Source: an uncultured Pseudomonadota bacterium (GTDB lineage Bacteria > Oederibacteriota > Muellerivitia > Muellerivitales > Muellerivitaceae). Taken from it: DNA of 64,000 nt. The position numbers and the translations under genes are program-made. Of this stretch, positions 1-9,756 are shown one piece after another (positions within the stretch are counted from its first letter, which is position 1; every line of letters begins with the position of its first letter). The notes beneath the pieces are model-generated. The model searched no databases, had not been told where the DNA came from, and saw only the letters and a list, made by a program, of their open reading frames with translations. The stretch is taken from NCBI GenBank assembly GCA_963836235.1, contig CAWIIP010000002.1, positions 1,632,001-1,696,000 of the forward strand, given 5' to 3'.

Positions 1-3000
1 GCCCCGCTGATCGCGGGTAACGCCAACGCGGTCAGCTATAACCTTTACCGGAACACCACCAACAGCTACCCCGCCGGGGCGGTGGCCGTGGCTTTGGGGA
101 TACCCGTGACGACAGCGGGGAACCCGGTGACCTCCACCCAAGACCTGGGGCTGACGCCAGGAACCATCTATTATTATTTCCTCCAGGCCGTGAACCCCTA
201 CGGCGTGGGCTCGGTGACCGAACAAGCCCTTCAAATCCCGCCCAATCCGCCGGGAACCCCGACGGCCACCTCTTCCACCAGCGCCGTGAACCTGTCCTGG
301 ACAGCCATCGCCGGCCAGAACGTCTCCCAATACACCATCTACCGCTCCCAATTGCCTGCCGGGAGCCCAGCGGTGGTGGGGACGGCCACGCCCGGAACGG
401 CTTCCAGCTTCACCGACAGCGGCCCCCTGGCCCAGGGTGTCACCTATGTTTACGACCTGACGGCCACCAACCCCGGAGGGGGACCGGGCATACCGGGAGG
501 GGAAAGCGGGCCTTCCGGTTTCGTCACCTGGGGCTTGGCGCCCGCGGCTTCCACCGGCCTGGCCATTTCGGGGATCAGTACCGGCAATGCCATCACGCTG
601 GCTTGGAACAATGTCACGGCTACCGACCCTAACGCCACGGCGGTCTCGCTGTTCGTCAACGCCAACTCCGCCGTCACGACGGGAGCTGTCCTTACGCCCA
701 TTTCACCCGTCTCAAGCCTTTCTGTTACCGACAGCGGAGTTTTTAATAGCAGTGTCACGGGAGAAAGCCCGGATACCACCTATAACTATTGGCTTCAAGT
801 CACCGCGCCTTTCGGTACCAGCGCTTTGGAAGGGCCCATCGCCCAATTGACCTATCCCGCCGCCGTCAATTTGATGCCGGTAACCCTGGGCACGGATGGA
901 GTTTCCCGGATTTTGGAATGGAACGTCCTTCCGGCGGACGTGACGGGCTATACCGTTGACCAAGTTAACGGGGGAGTCACCCAAACCCAAGCTTATCCGG
1001 CCAACGCGGCGGGAGCCCCCGTCACCTTGGCCCTCGCCACCCAGCCGGGACTTACCTATACCTATTATGTCACGGCGACCAACGCCACCGGGGTCGGGCC
1101 GATTTCCAACGGCCAAACTTTCAGCAGCCTTCCCTCAGCCCCCGTCAGCGTGACGGCGGTTTCGGGAACCAGCAACACGGGAGTCACGGTTGTCCTTTCC
1201 TGGTCGGATCCGGTTTCCGCCTCCCAAGGCGTCACCGCCTATACGGTTTACAAGGCCACGGCCCTGGCCGGGCCTTATACGGCGGCGGTTTCAGGGCTTA
1301 CCAGCTTCACTTATTCCGACTCCACCGATTCGGGCAGCGTTTCTTATTTCTATATCCTCGCGGCGGACGACAACATGGGCCAGGAAAGCTTCCTTTCCAC
1401 CGCCAACGCGGTGGCGGTCACGGCTTTCGCCCTGCCCAACCCGCCGGGGACGCCCACCGCCGTTCCCTCCAACGGGGCGGTTTCCCTTAATTGGACCACG
1501 GGATCACAGACCACTTATTCCGTTTCCAGTTACGATATCAGCCGGGTGAACGCGGGGGTTACCACGGTCATTCCCACGGCGGGAATAACTTACAACGACA
1601 CCGCGGTAGTGAACGGCTTCACTTATGTTTATTTCCTTCAAGCGGTGGATAGCCAAGGCAACCTGAGCCCCGCGACAGCTTCGGTAACCGTCACGCCCTT
1701 GAACACACCGGGCCCGCCGCAAAACCTGGGAGTCGGGGCGGGGGACCAGGAACTATTATTGACCTGGAAAGCGGGGACGCCGGGGACCTTGCCTATCGGC
1801 AGTTACTTGATCTACCGGATTACCTCCGGGCCCGTAACTTCAGCGCCCATTTCGGTCACGGCCACCTCGACGAGCTATTTGGATACGGGACTGACGGACG
1901 GGACCTCCTATAGCTATTACATGCAATCGGTCGATTCAACGGGGGTCACCACGGGCCTGGATATCAGCCCTCCTTCGGCCCTGGTGTCCCAAACCCCCGT
2001 TTTAGGGGACGTTAACCCGGCTAGCAATTTGGCCGCCAACGCGGGGGCCGCGCAGGTGATCCTCACTTGGACCGATTCGGTGACCGTGATTGGCGGGGCC
2101 GACGTCACTAGTTACAACGTTTATCGGAGCACTTCGCCCACCTTCGCCAGCCCCGTGACCTTGGCGCCTGTGCCGGTGTCGGGTCCGACCCAGGCTGTCA
2201 CCGACACGGGTCTGACCAACGGCACTCCTTATTATTATTACGTGACCGCCGCCGCCCTCAGCAATGTGAGCGCCAGCAGCGCCACAGTATTCGGGATTCC
2301 TTCGATTCCCCCCGCCGCCCCCACAACCTTAGTCGTCACCCCGGGTAACCAGCAGGTTCTCATTGACTGGCCCGCCTCGGCGCCAGTGAGCGGATCCCTG
2401 CCTATTTCCTTCTATATAGTGACCATCAACGGGGCCCCGGTTACGGTCCCCGCGACCCAAACCTGGTATTTGGATTCGGGCTTGACCAATCCAGAGGCTG
2501 TTACCGTCAGCATCCTGGCCGTGGATACCACGGGTCTGGCCAGTGGAAACCACGAGAGCACGGTCGTGGGACCCATTACGGTCAATACCAGCGCGTCGGA
2601 CCTGAACCCGCCCACGAGCTTAACCGCCTCCCTCTCAGGAACGACGGCCATCAAGCTTACTTGGGTCGCGCCCGCGAACGAGGCCAGTTACCCGGTCACA
2701 GCCTATAACATCTACCGGGCGGGTAATTTTATTACCGCGGTGGGGAGCCCCCTGGTGACCCTGGCCAACACCACCCCCGTCACTTCTTATGTGGACAGCG
2801 GCTTGACCCCGGGTACTACCTATTATTATGTCATCCAGGCGGTTTACTCCTCCGGGCCTTCCGGCCCTGGCCCATTGGACAGCCCCAATTCCAACAACGC
2901 CACGGCGACGGCTCCCGCCCCGACCGCGGGCGTGCCGCCAGTCACTGTGGGGGTTATGGCTTTCGACGCCAATATTCTGAAACCCCTGACCGGCCAGCAA

Positions 3001-3231
3001 CTGGGGATTTATTTCATGGCCCCCAACAGCGGGCCTGTGGAAATTGACATTTATAATATCTCGGGCCATCCCATCCGGGCCCTTTACGCCACCGCCATCG
3101 CCGACGTGGCCGTTAACCTGGCCTGGGACGGCAAGGACCGCGACGGCAGTTGGGCCGCCTCCGGGGTTTACTTGATTGAAATTAAGGCTCCGGGCCTTCA
3201 CCAGATCAAGAAAGTGCTGGTGGTTAAGTAA
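1..3231 (+). CDS. Large fibronectin type III repeat surface protein with C-terminal FlgD-Ig/T9SS-like sorting domain (5' end outside window)
   Basis: Frame is open from base 1. Repeated FN3 motifs (LxW...YxIYR...YTD..L..G.TYxYxVxA). C-terminus has VEIDIYNISGHPIRAL...WDGKD...ASGVYLIEI...KKVLVVK. Confidence 0.85.
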   Translation, partial: APLIAGNANAVSYNLYRNTTNSYPAGAVAVALGIPVTTAGNPVTSTQDLGLTPGTIYYYFLQAVNPYGVGSVTEQALQIPPNPPGTPTATSSTSAVNLSWTAIAGQNVSQYTIYRSQLPAGSPAVVGTATPGTASSFTDSGPLAQGVTYVYDLTATNPGGGPGIPGGESGPSGFVTWGLAPAASTGLAISGISTGNAITLAWNNVTATDPNATAVSLFVNANSAVTTGAVLTPISPVSSLSVTDSGVFNSSVTGESPDTTYNYWLQVTAPFGTSALEGPIAQLTYPAAVNLMPVTLGTDGVSRILEWNVLPADVTGYTVDQVNGGVTQTQAYPANAAGAPVTLALATQPGLTYTYYVTATNATGVGPISNGQTFSSLPSAPVSVTAVSGTSNTGVTVVLSWSDPVSASQGVTAYTVYKATALAGPYTAAVSGLTSFTYSDSTDSGSVSYFYILAADDNMGQESFLSTANAVAVTAFALPNPPGTPTAVPSNGAVSLNWTTGSQTTYSVSSYDISRVNAGVTTVIPTAGITYNDTAVVNGFTYVYFLQAVDSQGNLSPATASVTVTPLNTPGPPQNLGVGAGDQELLLTWKAGTPGTLPIGSYLIYRITSGPVTSAPISVTATSTSYLDTGLTDGTSYSYYMQSVDSTGVTTGLDISPPSALVSQTPVLGDVNPASNLAANAGAAQVILTWTDSVTVIGGADVTSYNVYRSTSPTFASPVTLAPVPVSGPTQAVTDTGLTNGTPYYYYVTAAALSNVSASSATVFGIPSIPPAAPTTLVVTPGNQQVLIDWPASAPVSGSLPISFYIVTINGAPVTVPATQTWYLDSGLTNPEAVTVSILAVDTTGLASGNHESTVVGPITVNTSASDLNPPTSLTASLSGTTAIKLTWVAPANEASYPVTAYNIYRAGNFITAVGSPLVTLANTTPVTSYVDSGLTPGTTYYYVIQAVYSSGPSGPGPLDSPNSNNATATAPAPTAGVPPVTVGVMAFDANILKPLTGQQLGIYFMAPNSGPVEIDIYNISGHPIRALYATAIADVAVNLAWDGKDRDGSWAASGVYLIEIKAPGLHQIKKVLVVK

Positions 3232-5168
3232 TGAACGACCAAAAAAGTTCTGAGTTCTTAGTTTTGAGTTCTAAGTTAAAGAGAATTTTCAATTTTGAGG
3301 TGCAAATTGAAAATTTCATTAACTTAACACTTAACACTCAAAACTTAAAACTCGCCACACAACGATTATTCGCGGTTAACCTGTTCATCCTTGTTTTCTG
3401 CACGGTGGGCGCGGTGCGGGCCCAACAGCTCACCAGCGGCGCCGATTTTCTCACCATCGATAGTGGCGCGCGAAGCGAGGGCATGGGTGGGGCCTTTACC
3501 GCTATCGCGGATGACGTGACGGCGCTCACCTGGAACCCGGCGGGATTGGCCCTTTTAAGCCGCCCCCAAGCGGGCTACCTGCACATGCTTTACTTGAGCA
3601 ACATCGGCTACAACTTCGGCGGGGTGGCGGTGCCCCTGAGCGCCGGGGAAGACACCTTCGGGCTTGGCGCTGGGATCGTCAACCTGGGAACCGGCAGTTT
3701 CGACAGCACTTTGGGGCTGGCCCCCGCGGTTTCCGCCGGGGACAACGCCTTTTTACTTTCCTTCGCTTACCGGGTGAAAAGCATCGTTTCTTTCGGGGTG
3801 ACGGGAAAATATATCCTACGCGATCTCGCGGGATATAACGCCAGCGCTTTCGGAGGGGACGCGGGCGTCCTCTTAACCCCGGGGGACCGCGTGCGTATCG
3901 GGCTGGGTGTTTTTAATTTCGGCCAGCAGGTGCAGTTCATTTCCGCCGCCGACCCCCTGCCCCTCAGCGGCCGGTTGGGGCTGGCCTGGAAGGTACTCGA
4001 CGTTCCCCACAATAGCCTGACGCTTGCCGCCGATAACGGCTGGCAGTTCGGAAGTCAAACCTACACCGGCGCGGCCGGGGCCGAATATTGGTACGACCAA
4101 ACCCTAGCCCTGCGGGCGGGTTTCACGGGCGACTCCTACCAACAGCATCCCACCGCCGGTGTCGGGATCAATGTGGACCCGGTGGAGTTCGATTACGCCT
4201 TTTCGCCCCAGGGCACCCTGGGCGACACCCACCGCTTCTCCCTCGTCCTGAATTTCGGCCCGGAGGCCATGGAAGGGTTAATGGCCCCCACGGGCTTCAG
4301 CGCCCTTCCCTCGGACGGATCCATCTCCCTCCATTGGAAGCCGGTCCCCTCCAACGCGGTTGTGGGTTATAACATTTACGTGAAGAAGCCCAACAGTGAA
4401 AACCTGGTGCTGGTCACCAAAAGGCCCTTGGGTGTCGGCGAGTTCTCGGTCCGGTTGAACCACCTAGTGAACGGGCAGAATTACACTTTTGGAATCGTCT
4501 CGGTCAGCGCGGCGGGGCGCGAAAGCTCCCTGGCGACCCTGGCCACGGCGCCGGAAGCGGCGGCCGTCCCGCCCGCGCCGATCCTGCAGGCCCCCACGGG
4601 GTTCAAGGCGACGGCCACGGCGGAAGGGTTCAACCTCACCTGGGACAAAGCGCTTTCCACCGACGTGACGGGTTCTTACCTTTACATCGCCGACGATATG
4701 GGCAAGCCGGTGAGAAAATTATCGCCCAACCTGATCACGGACAACATCGTGGTCCTTAAAAAAGCAAACCCCGAAAAAACCTACCACTTCCTCTTGACCG
4801 CCGTGAATAAGGCCGGAAGCGAGAGCGTGGCGGCACCCCTGACCGTGAATTTCACGGACCTGAAAAAAGCCATGATGGCCGCCTTGCTGCCGCCGCCCGC
4901 CCACCTGACGCTTCAGGTGAACGGCGCCAAGGTGAATTTGAGCTGGGATAACGCGGGGGCGGGGATGAAATACAACGTTTACGTGTCCCACGACGGGGCC
5001 AGCTTCAAGCTTTTAACCCCCATCGGAACCGACAAAACTCAAGCCGTGCTGGGCCCCCTCAAGGCCGATACCGCCTATTATTTCGGCGTGACCACCCTGA
5101 CGCCCGACGGCAAGGAAAGCGATAGGGCCGTCCAGCCGCTTCCAACTCCAACTGCCGCCACTAAATAG
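3231..5168 (+). CDS. PorV/PorQ (UPF0164)-family outer-membrane barrel fused to three C-terminal FN3 domains
   Basis: GADFLTIDSGARSEGMGGAFTAIADDVTALTWNPAGL and LGDTHRFSL motifs; signal peptide ending VRA; TAATG overlap with the upstream gene. Confidence 0.8.
   Translation: MNDQKSSEFLVLSSKLKRIFNFEVQIENFINLTLNTQNLKLATQRLFAVNLFILVFCTVGAVRAQQLTSGADFLTIDSGARSEGMGGAFTAIADDVTALTWNPAGLALLSRPQAGYLHMLYLSNIGYNFGGVAVPLSAGEDTFGLGAGIVNLGTGSFDSTLGLAPAVSAGDNAFLLSFAYRVKSIVSFGVTGKYILRDLAGYNASAFGGDAGVLLTPGDRVRIGLGVFNFGQQVQFISAADPLPLSGRLGLAWKVLDVPHNSLTLAADNGWQFGSQTYTGAAGAEYWYDQTLALRAGFTGDSYQQHPTAGVGINVDPVEFDYAFSPQGTLGDTHRFSLVLNFGPEAMEGLMAPTGFSALPSDGSISLHWKPVPSNAVVGYNIYVKKPNSENLVLVTKRPLGVGEFSVRLNHLVNGQNYTFGIVSVSAAGRESSLATLATAPEAAAVPPAPILQAPTGFKATATAEGFNLTWDKALSTDVTGSYLYIADDMGKPVRKLSPNLITDNIVVLKKANPEKTYHFLLTAVNKAGSESVAAPLTVNFTDLKKAMMAALLPPPAHLTLQVNGAKVNLSWDNAGAGMKYNVYVSHDGASFKLLTPIGTDKTQAVLGPLKADTAYYFGVTTLTPDGKESDRAVQPLPTPTAATK
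3246..3353. repeat. ~105-bp palindromic element built of 7-nt tandem units, inside the 5' end of the PorV-like CDS
   Basis: Left arm gagttcttagttttgagttctaagttaa; reverse complement of right arm gagttttaagttttgagtgttaagtgttaagttaa; inner stem aattttcaattt/aaattgaaaatt. Confidence 0.75.
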
Positions 5169-5260
5169 GGTTCAATCTTCGGTTTCCAGGATAAAATCCC
5201 TCATTCGCTAGTAACCTTATTCACTTTTATGACCTAATACCAGTCGTCGGAGGTTTCGCT

Positions 5261-5605
5261 ATGGAATCCAACACACCCGAAAAGCTTTCGGAAAGAAAAT
5301 GCAAACCCTGCGAGGGGAGCACCAAGCCGTTGAATTTGGTGATGATCAAGGGACACCTGACCCAATTGCCGGGCTGGGATTTGGTGGAGGGCTGGATCGT
5401 GAAGACCTTCACTTTCCAAAACTTCCACGAAACAATGTCTTTCGTGAACGCGGTGGCTTGGATCGCCAACCGGGAGGACCATCACCCGGACATGGAAGTG
5501 GGCTACAAAACCTGCAAGGTGAAATATATAACCCACGCCATCAAGGGCCTGTCGGAGAACGACTTCATCTGCGCGGCGAAAATCGAAGAACTGCTCAAAA
5601 GATAA
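5261..5605 (+). CDS. phhB: Pterin-4-alpha-carbinolamine dehydratase
   Basis: CKPCEG N-terminus, ANREDHHPD, THAIKGLSENDFICAAKI. Confidence 0.92.
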   Translation: MESNTPEKLSERKCKPCEGSTKPLNLVMIKGHLTQLPGWDLVEGWIVKTFTFQNFHETMSFVNAVAWIANREDHHPDMEVGYKTCKVKYITHAIKGLSENDFICAAKIEELLKR

Positions 5606-5655
5606 GTTTGGGTTATTTTAAGTTTCAATAATCCAAAATTCTCACTGGAGAAATC

Positions 5656-7518
5656 ATGACGGCCACCGCATCGGAAATACTGACCCTTCAGAAGTTCCTG
5701 GATAAATATCCCTGGCCCACCGAATGGCTGAAGAAGGGCAAGCCCATGCATTTCTTCTGGATGTTCGACCTGCCCGTCCCCGTGGAAAAGCTTTGGCCTT
5801 ATATCGCGGACCTTTCCTCCTTCAACAAAAGGGCGGAGATGGGGGAGATGAAGTTCACGGAAAAAAACGGGAGGCTGCAGGGTTCTTCCTCCGTCATGGG
5901 CATCCGCATGTCTTGGGAGGAAGTTCCCTGGCAATGGGAATACGGTAAAGAATTCCACCACGCCCGCGTTTACAGCCGGGGCCTGCCCCATTACATGATG
6001 GGCCGGTACCTTTTTGAGGAGCCCGAACCCGGTAAAACCCGCCTTTATACTTACATGGGGTTCATTCCCCGTGGGCCCAAGGCCTGGTTCATGATCAATA
6101 TGGGCCTGCATCAAATCAAGAAAGGGTACGGGAAGGCGCTCAAGGAAGTGACCGAAGCCATCCAGCGGGAGGAGGTCTTAAAGCCTCCGGCTTCGACCGT
6201 CAAATTGTCTCCGGGGGTTATTGAACAGCTAAAAAATATACGTCAAAAGCTGGTGGAAGGAGGGACGCTTTCTGAACTGGCGGACCGATTAGTCCGTTAT
6301 GTCGAAACCGAGCCGGACGAGACCCTTTACCGCATCCGCGTGAAAGCCCTGGCGAGGGAATGGGGTGTGAACGAGAAAGAACTACTCCTGGCTTTTCTCT
6401 GCGCCACCCGACTGGGACTTTTCAATTTGACCTGGGACGTGCTTTGCCCCCATTGCCGGGGAGTCCGCAACGAGACCAAAAACCTGGGAGACCTTCCCAA
6501 GCGGGGAAACTGCGAAGTTTGCAAAATCGATTTCGACGCGACTTCCTTTAACGTGCTGGAAGTGACCTTTCATGTCCATCCCTCCATCCGGGTTGTGGAA
6601 AAGAGGGTCTATTGCGCCGCCGAACCCGGTACCAAGCCCCATATCAAGATGCAAAAAACCATCCGGCCTAAGGACGAACTGGCTCTCAAGACGCTTCTGA
6701 GTTTGGGAAGGTATCGCCTAAGGGTGCAAGGCATGGAAATCTATAACCTGCTGGATATCAGCGAGGAATCCTCCGCGGACCAGGTTTTCTGGAAGGATTC
6801 GCTGGCCCAACAAAACTTTCAGAGCGCCCATTTCCCCACGGTGGTCCTCCAAAACACCTCGCCTGAGGCCAAGACTTTCATTTTGGAAGAAAACAAAACG
6901 GACCAAGATACCTTGAGGCCGGTGGACCTTTTTTCCTTCCAGGGTTTTCGCGACCTTTTCTCGCAAGAGGCCCTGGCCGCCGACATCAAGCTGGAAATCG
7001 GCGTCCAAACCATCCTTTTCACCGATTTGGTGGGGTCCACTAAGTTTTATGAACAGGAAGGGGATACGGTGGCTTTCGCCGAGGTGCGGCAGCATTTTCT
7101 CAAGACCTACGAGGTGGTCAAAAACCATAACGGCGCGGTGGTGAAAACCATCGGGGACGCGGTGATGGCGGCCTTCGTGCGGCCCCTGGACGCCCTATGG
7201 GCGGCGGTGGAACTTCAACGTTACTTCAATGGGGACAATCCGGGGTCTCGTTTACGCCTGCGGGTGACTTTGAACAGCGGGTCTTGCCTGGCGGTGAACC
7301 TGAACAGCAACATCGATTATTTCGGGAACACGGTGAATTTCGCGGCGAAGATCCAATCCATCGCCGACGCGGGACAGATTGGTTTTACCGAAAGCGTTCT
7401 CAACGATGGCGAAATCGTTCCTTTCCTCAAGGAACAGGGCTTGCCCTATGAAAAGCTTGGCTTTGAAACCAAATGGGCCAAACGGACGGTTCCGGTTTAC
7501 CGGGTGGAAGTGAAATAA
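5656..7518 (+). CDS. Class III adenylate/guanylate cyclase with DUF5939-like and N-terminal SRPBCC-like domains
   Basis: ILFTDLVGST, VKTIGDAVMAAF, DYFGNTVNFAAKI; central WDVLCPHCRG...CEVCKIDF. Confidence 0.88.
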   Translation: MTATASEILTLQKFLDKYPWPTEWLKKGKPMHFFWMFDLPVPVEKLWPYIADLSSFNKRAEMGEMKFTEKNGRLQGSSSVMGIRMSWEEVPWQWEYGKEFHHARVYSRGLPHYMMGRYLFEEPEPGKTRLYTYMGFIPRGPKAWFMINMGLHQIKKGYGKALKEVTEAIQREEVLKPPASTVKLSPGVIEQLKNIRQKLVEGGTLSELADRLVRYVETEPDETLYRIRVKALAREWGVNEKELLLAFLCATRLGLFNLTWDVLCPHCRGVRNETKNLGDLPKRGNCEVCKIDFDATSFNVLEVTFHVHPSIRVVEKRVYCAAEPGTKPHIKMQKTIRPKDELALKTLLSLGRYRLRVQGMEIYNLLDISEESSADQVFWKDSLAQQNFQSAHFPTVVLQNTSPEAKTFILEENKTDQDTLRPVDLFSFQGFRDLFSQEALAADIKLEIGVQTILFTDLVGSTKFYEQEGDTVAFAEVRQHFLKTYEVVKNHNGAVVKTIGDAVMAAFVRPLDALWAAVELQRYFNGDNPGSRLRLRVTLNSGSCLAVNLNSNIDYFGNTVNFAAKIQSIADAGQIGFTESVLNDGEIVPFLKEQGLPYEKLGFETKWAKRTVPVYRVEVK

Positions 7519-7519
7519 C

Positions 7520-8176
7520 TTATTTTTTACGGACGGATTTCTTGGCCTTGGGGCCGCCCATCAGGGCCTTTGCGATTTGAATGAAGGTGGGTATGAGGGA
7601 CACGAAGACGATCCCTAAGATCACCACCTCGAAATGTTGGTTTACCCAGGGCAGGTTTCCAAAAAAGTAGCCCGACCCGATGCAAAGAATGGTCCAGGAC
7701 AGCACCCCGACGAGGTTATAGCGGGCAAACTTGCCATAAGTCATGCGGCCCACCCCCGCCACAAAGGGGGCGAAGGTACGGAAAATCGGGGCGAACTGGA
7801 AGAGCACCAGGGTTTGCACCCCATGTTTCTCGTAGATCTCGTGGGTCTTGTCCAGGTACTTGCGGTTCATGAGCTTCCCAAAAATATTTTCCCCGAAGAC
7901 CCGGCCAATCCAATAGTTGCTGTGGTCCCCCATCAAGGCCGCCACGGTTAAGAGGCACCAGGAAAAGACCACATTCAATTGGGCGGTTGCGCACAAGGCG
8001 CCTACGGTGAAAAGCAGGGAATCACCCGGGAGGATGGGGGTCACCACCAGGCCCGTCTCGCAAAAGATCACGCCGAAAAGTACGGCGTAAATATAAGTCC
8101 CGTAAGCCTGGACCAACTCGGGCAGGTATTTATTCAGGTGAAGGATATGGTCGACAAAACCGTGCAGGGAATCCAT
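7520..8176 (-). CDS. dedA: DedA (VTT domain) membrane protein
   Basis: FCETGLVVTPILPGDSLLF and RTFAPFVAGVGRM; start moved to MDSLHGF. Confidence 0.9.
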   Translation of the reverse strand: MDSLHGFVDHILHLNKYLPELVQAYGTYIYAVLFGVIFCETGLVVTPILPGDSLLFTVGALCATAQLNVVFSWCLLTVAALMGDHSNYWIGRVFGENIFGKLMNRKYLDKTHEIYEKHGVQTLVLFQFAPIFRTFAPFVAGVGRMTYGKFARYNLVGVLSWTILCIGSGYFFGNLPWVNQHFEVVILGIVFVSLIPTFIQIAKALMGGPKAKKSVRKK

Positions 8177-8253
8177 GGGTTTCCTTTTGCGGCAAGGGTG
8201 AAAGGCGCCGATAGTGTACCACAAAAAAATAGAGGTACCGGCGGAGCCTTCGG

Positions 8254-9744
8254 TCAGGCCTGGGGCGGTTCGTCCTTTTTAGCCGGTTCCCCGGCTTCGG
8301 CGACAACGGATGGAGTTTCCGTTTTTATGAGAGTTTCGGAGAGAGATTCACCGGATGGCGAAACGCCGGAATCCCCGTTTCCATCGGATTTGCCGTTGGT
8401 TTTCGCCTTGGGTTTGTACTGGCGCTTGCGGGGGTAGAAAATTTTCTGCGTGTCCTCGTCATAAGCGAAAAGGTTTCCAAACATGGACCAGAGGACAAAG
8501 GTATCAAAGGTCTTTTCGTAATTCTCCGTCGGCAGGTTGAAGATGATGATTTCCTGGACCAGATCAGCGTCCAGCCGGGCGCGGGGATGCTTGGTCAGCA
8601 TGTCATTGACCTGCTTGAACAACCTCAGCTTCAAAAGCTGTTCTTTCCAGATGTTCTGCCGCTCTTGGGAGGTGGCCTTCACGAACCTTTGGCCGTCGGA
8701 GGTCAGGACAACCATCCGCTTAGGGGTATCGACAAAATCCAAAAGCTCCAGAGCTTTCACGACCTTAATGACTTCGCCGAATTCCTTATCGGTTTCGGTA
8801 GCGATCCGGAAAACATCTTCTTTTCCACCGCGAGCGTCCAGGTATTCCAACAAGCCCACCATGACGCTGGGGAGGCTGTCGGGAAGGGGCTCGGCGGCGG
8901 GAAGTTCGTTGGGCGCCAGCACGGGCTCTGGAGCGTCGGGAATTTCATGGCCGGTGATGATTTCGTGCAGTTGGTCCACCATCTTCATGAAATCCTGGGA
9001 CCTGTAGTCGCGGGGGCGAGGCAGTTTGTTCTCGACTATTTTTAAAATTCGTCCCGGATGGGCCCCTAAAACCACGATACGGTCGGCCATGAAGGCCACC
9101 TCGGGGATGTCGTGGCTCACCAAAAGAATGGAAGAGGGGTTTTTATCGTGAGCGGCCCAGATATCGATGACTTCCGCCCGGAGGGATTCGGCGGTGAGGG
9201 CGTCCACATGGCTAAAGGGCTCGTCCATGAAGAGGATTTCCGGGTCCACCGACAGCGCCCGGGCCATGCCGACGCGCTGTTTCATGCCGCCGGAGAGTTC
9301 CCTGGGATAGGTTTCCTCGAAGCCCGCCAAACCCACCATTTGGATGGCTTTTTGCGCGCGCTCCTCGATCTCGTTTTCGGGGAATCCACGGGATTGGAGT
9401 GCGGTCTGGATGTTCTCGGCCACCGTCATCCAGGGAAAGAGGGCGAAACTTTGGAATACGATGGAAACTCCCGTGTTCAATTCATGAAGGGGTTGGTCGT
9501 GGTAAAAAACGTCGCCTTTGGTGGGGGTGATGAGCCCGGCGAGGATTCGAAGAATGGTGGACTTACCGCAACCGGAAGGCCCCAGCAAGGCTACGACTTC
9601 GCGTTTGTTAATACATAGGTTGATATTCTCCAGGACCTTTAAATCCTTGCCGTTGGGCATGTTGAATTCTTGGCTGACGTTTTTGACTTCGATAAGTTTT
9701 TGGTCCGTCGGGACCGCCGCTATTTCCTTCGCGTCCACCGCCAT
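8254..9744 (-). CDS. NitT/TauT-family ABC transporter ATP-binding protein with AAA-associated C-terminal domain
   Basis: Walker [10 protein letters not shown], signature LSGGMKQR, Walker B ILFMDEPF; long C-terminal extension. Confidence 0.9.
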   Translation of the reverse strand: MAVDAKEIAAVPTDQKLIEVKNVSQEFNMPNGKDLKVLENINLCINKREVVALLGPSGCGKSTILRILAGLITPTKGDVFYHDQPLHELNTGVSIVFQSFALFPWMTVAENIQTALQSRGFPENEIEERAQKAIQMVGLAGFEETYPRELSGGMKQRVGMARALSVDPEILFMDEPFSHVDALTAESLRAEVIDIWAAHDKNPSSILLVSHDIPEVAFMADRIVVLGAHPGRILKIVENKLPRPRDYRSQDFMKMVDQLHEIITGHEIPDAPEPVLAPNELPAAEPLPDSLPSVMVGLLEYLDARGGKEDVFRIATETDKEFGEVIKVVKALELLDFVDTPKRMVVLTSDGQRFVKATSQERQNIWKEQLLKLRLFKQVNDMLTKHPRARLDADLVQEIIIFNLPTENYEKTFDTFVLWSMFGNLFAYDEDTQKIFYPRKRQYKPKAKTNGKSDGNGDSGVSPSGESLSETLIKTETPSVVAEAGEPAKKDEPPQA

Positions 9745-9756
9745 TGTGCCGCTCCT

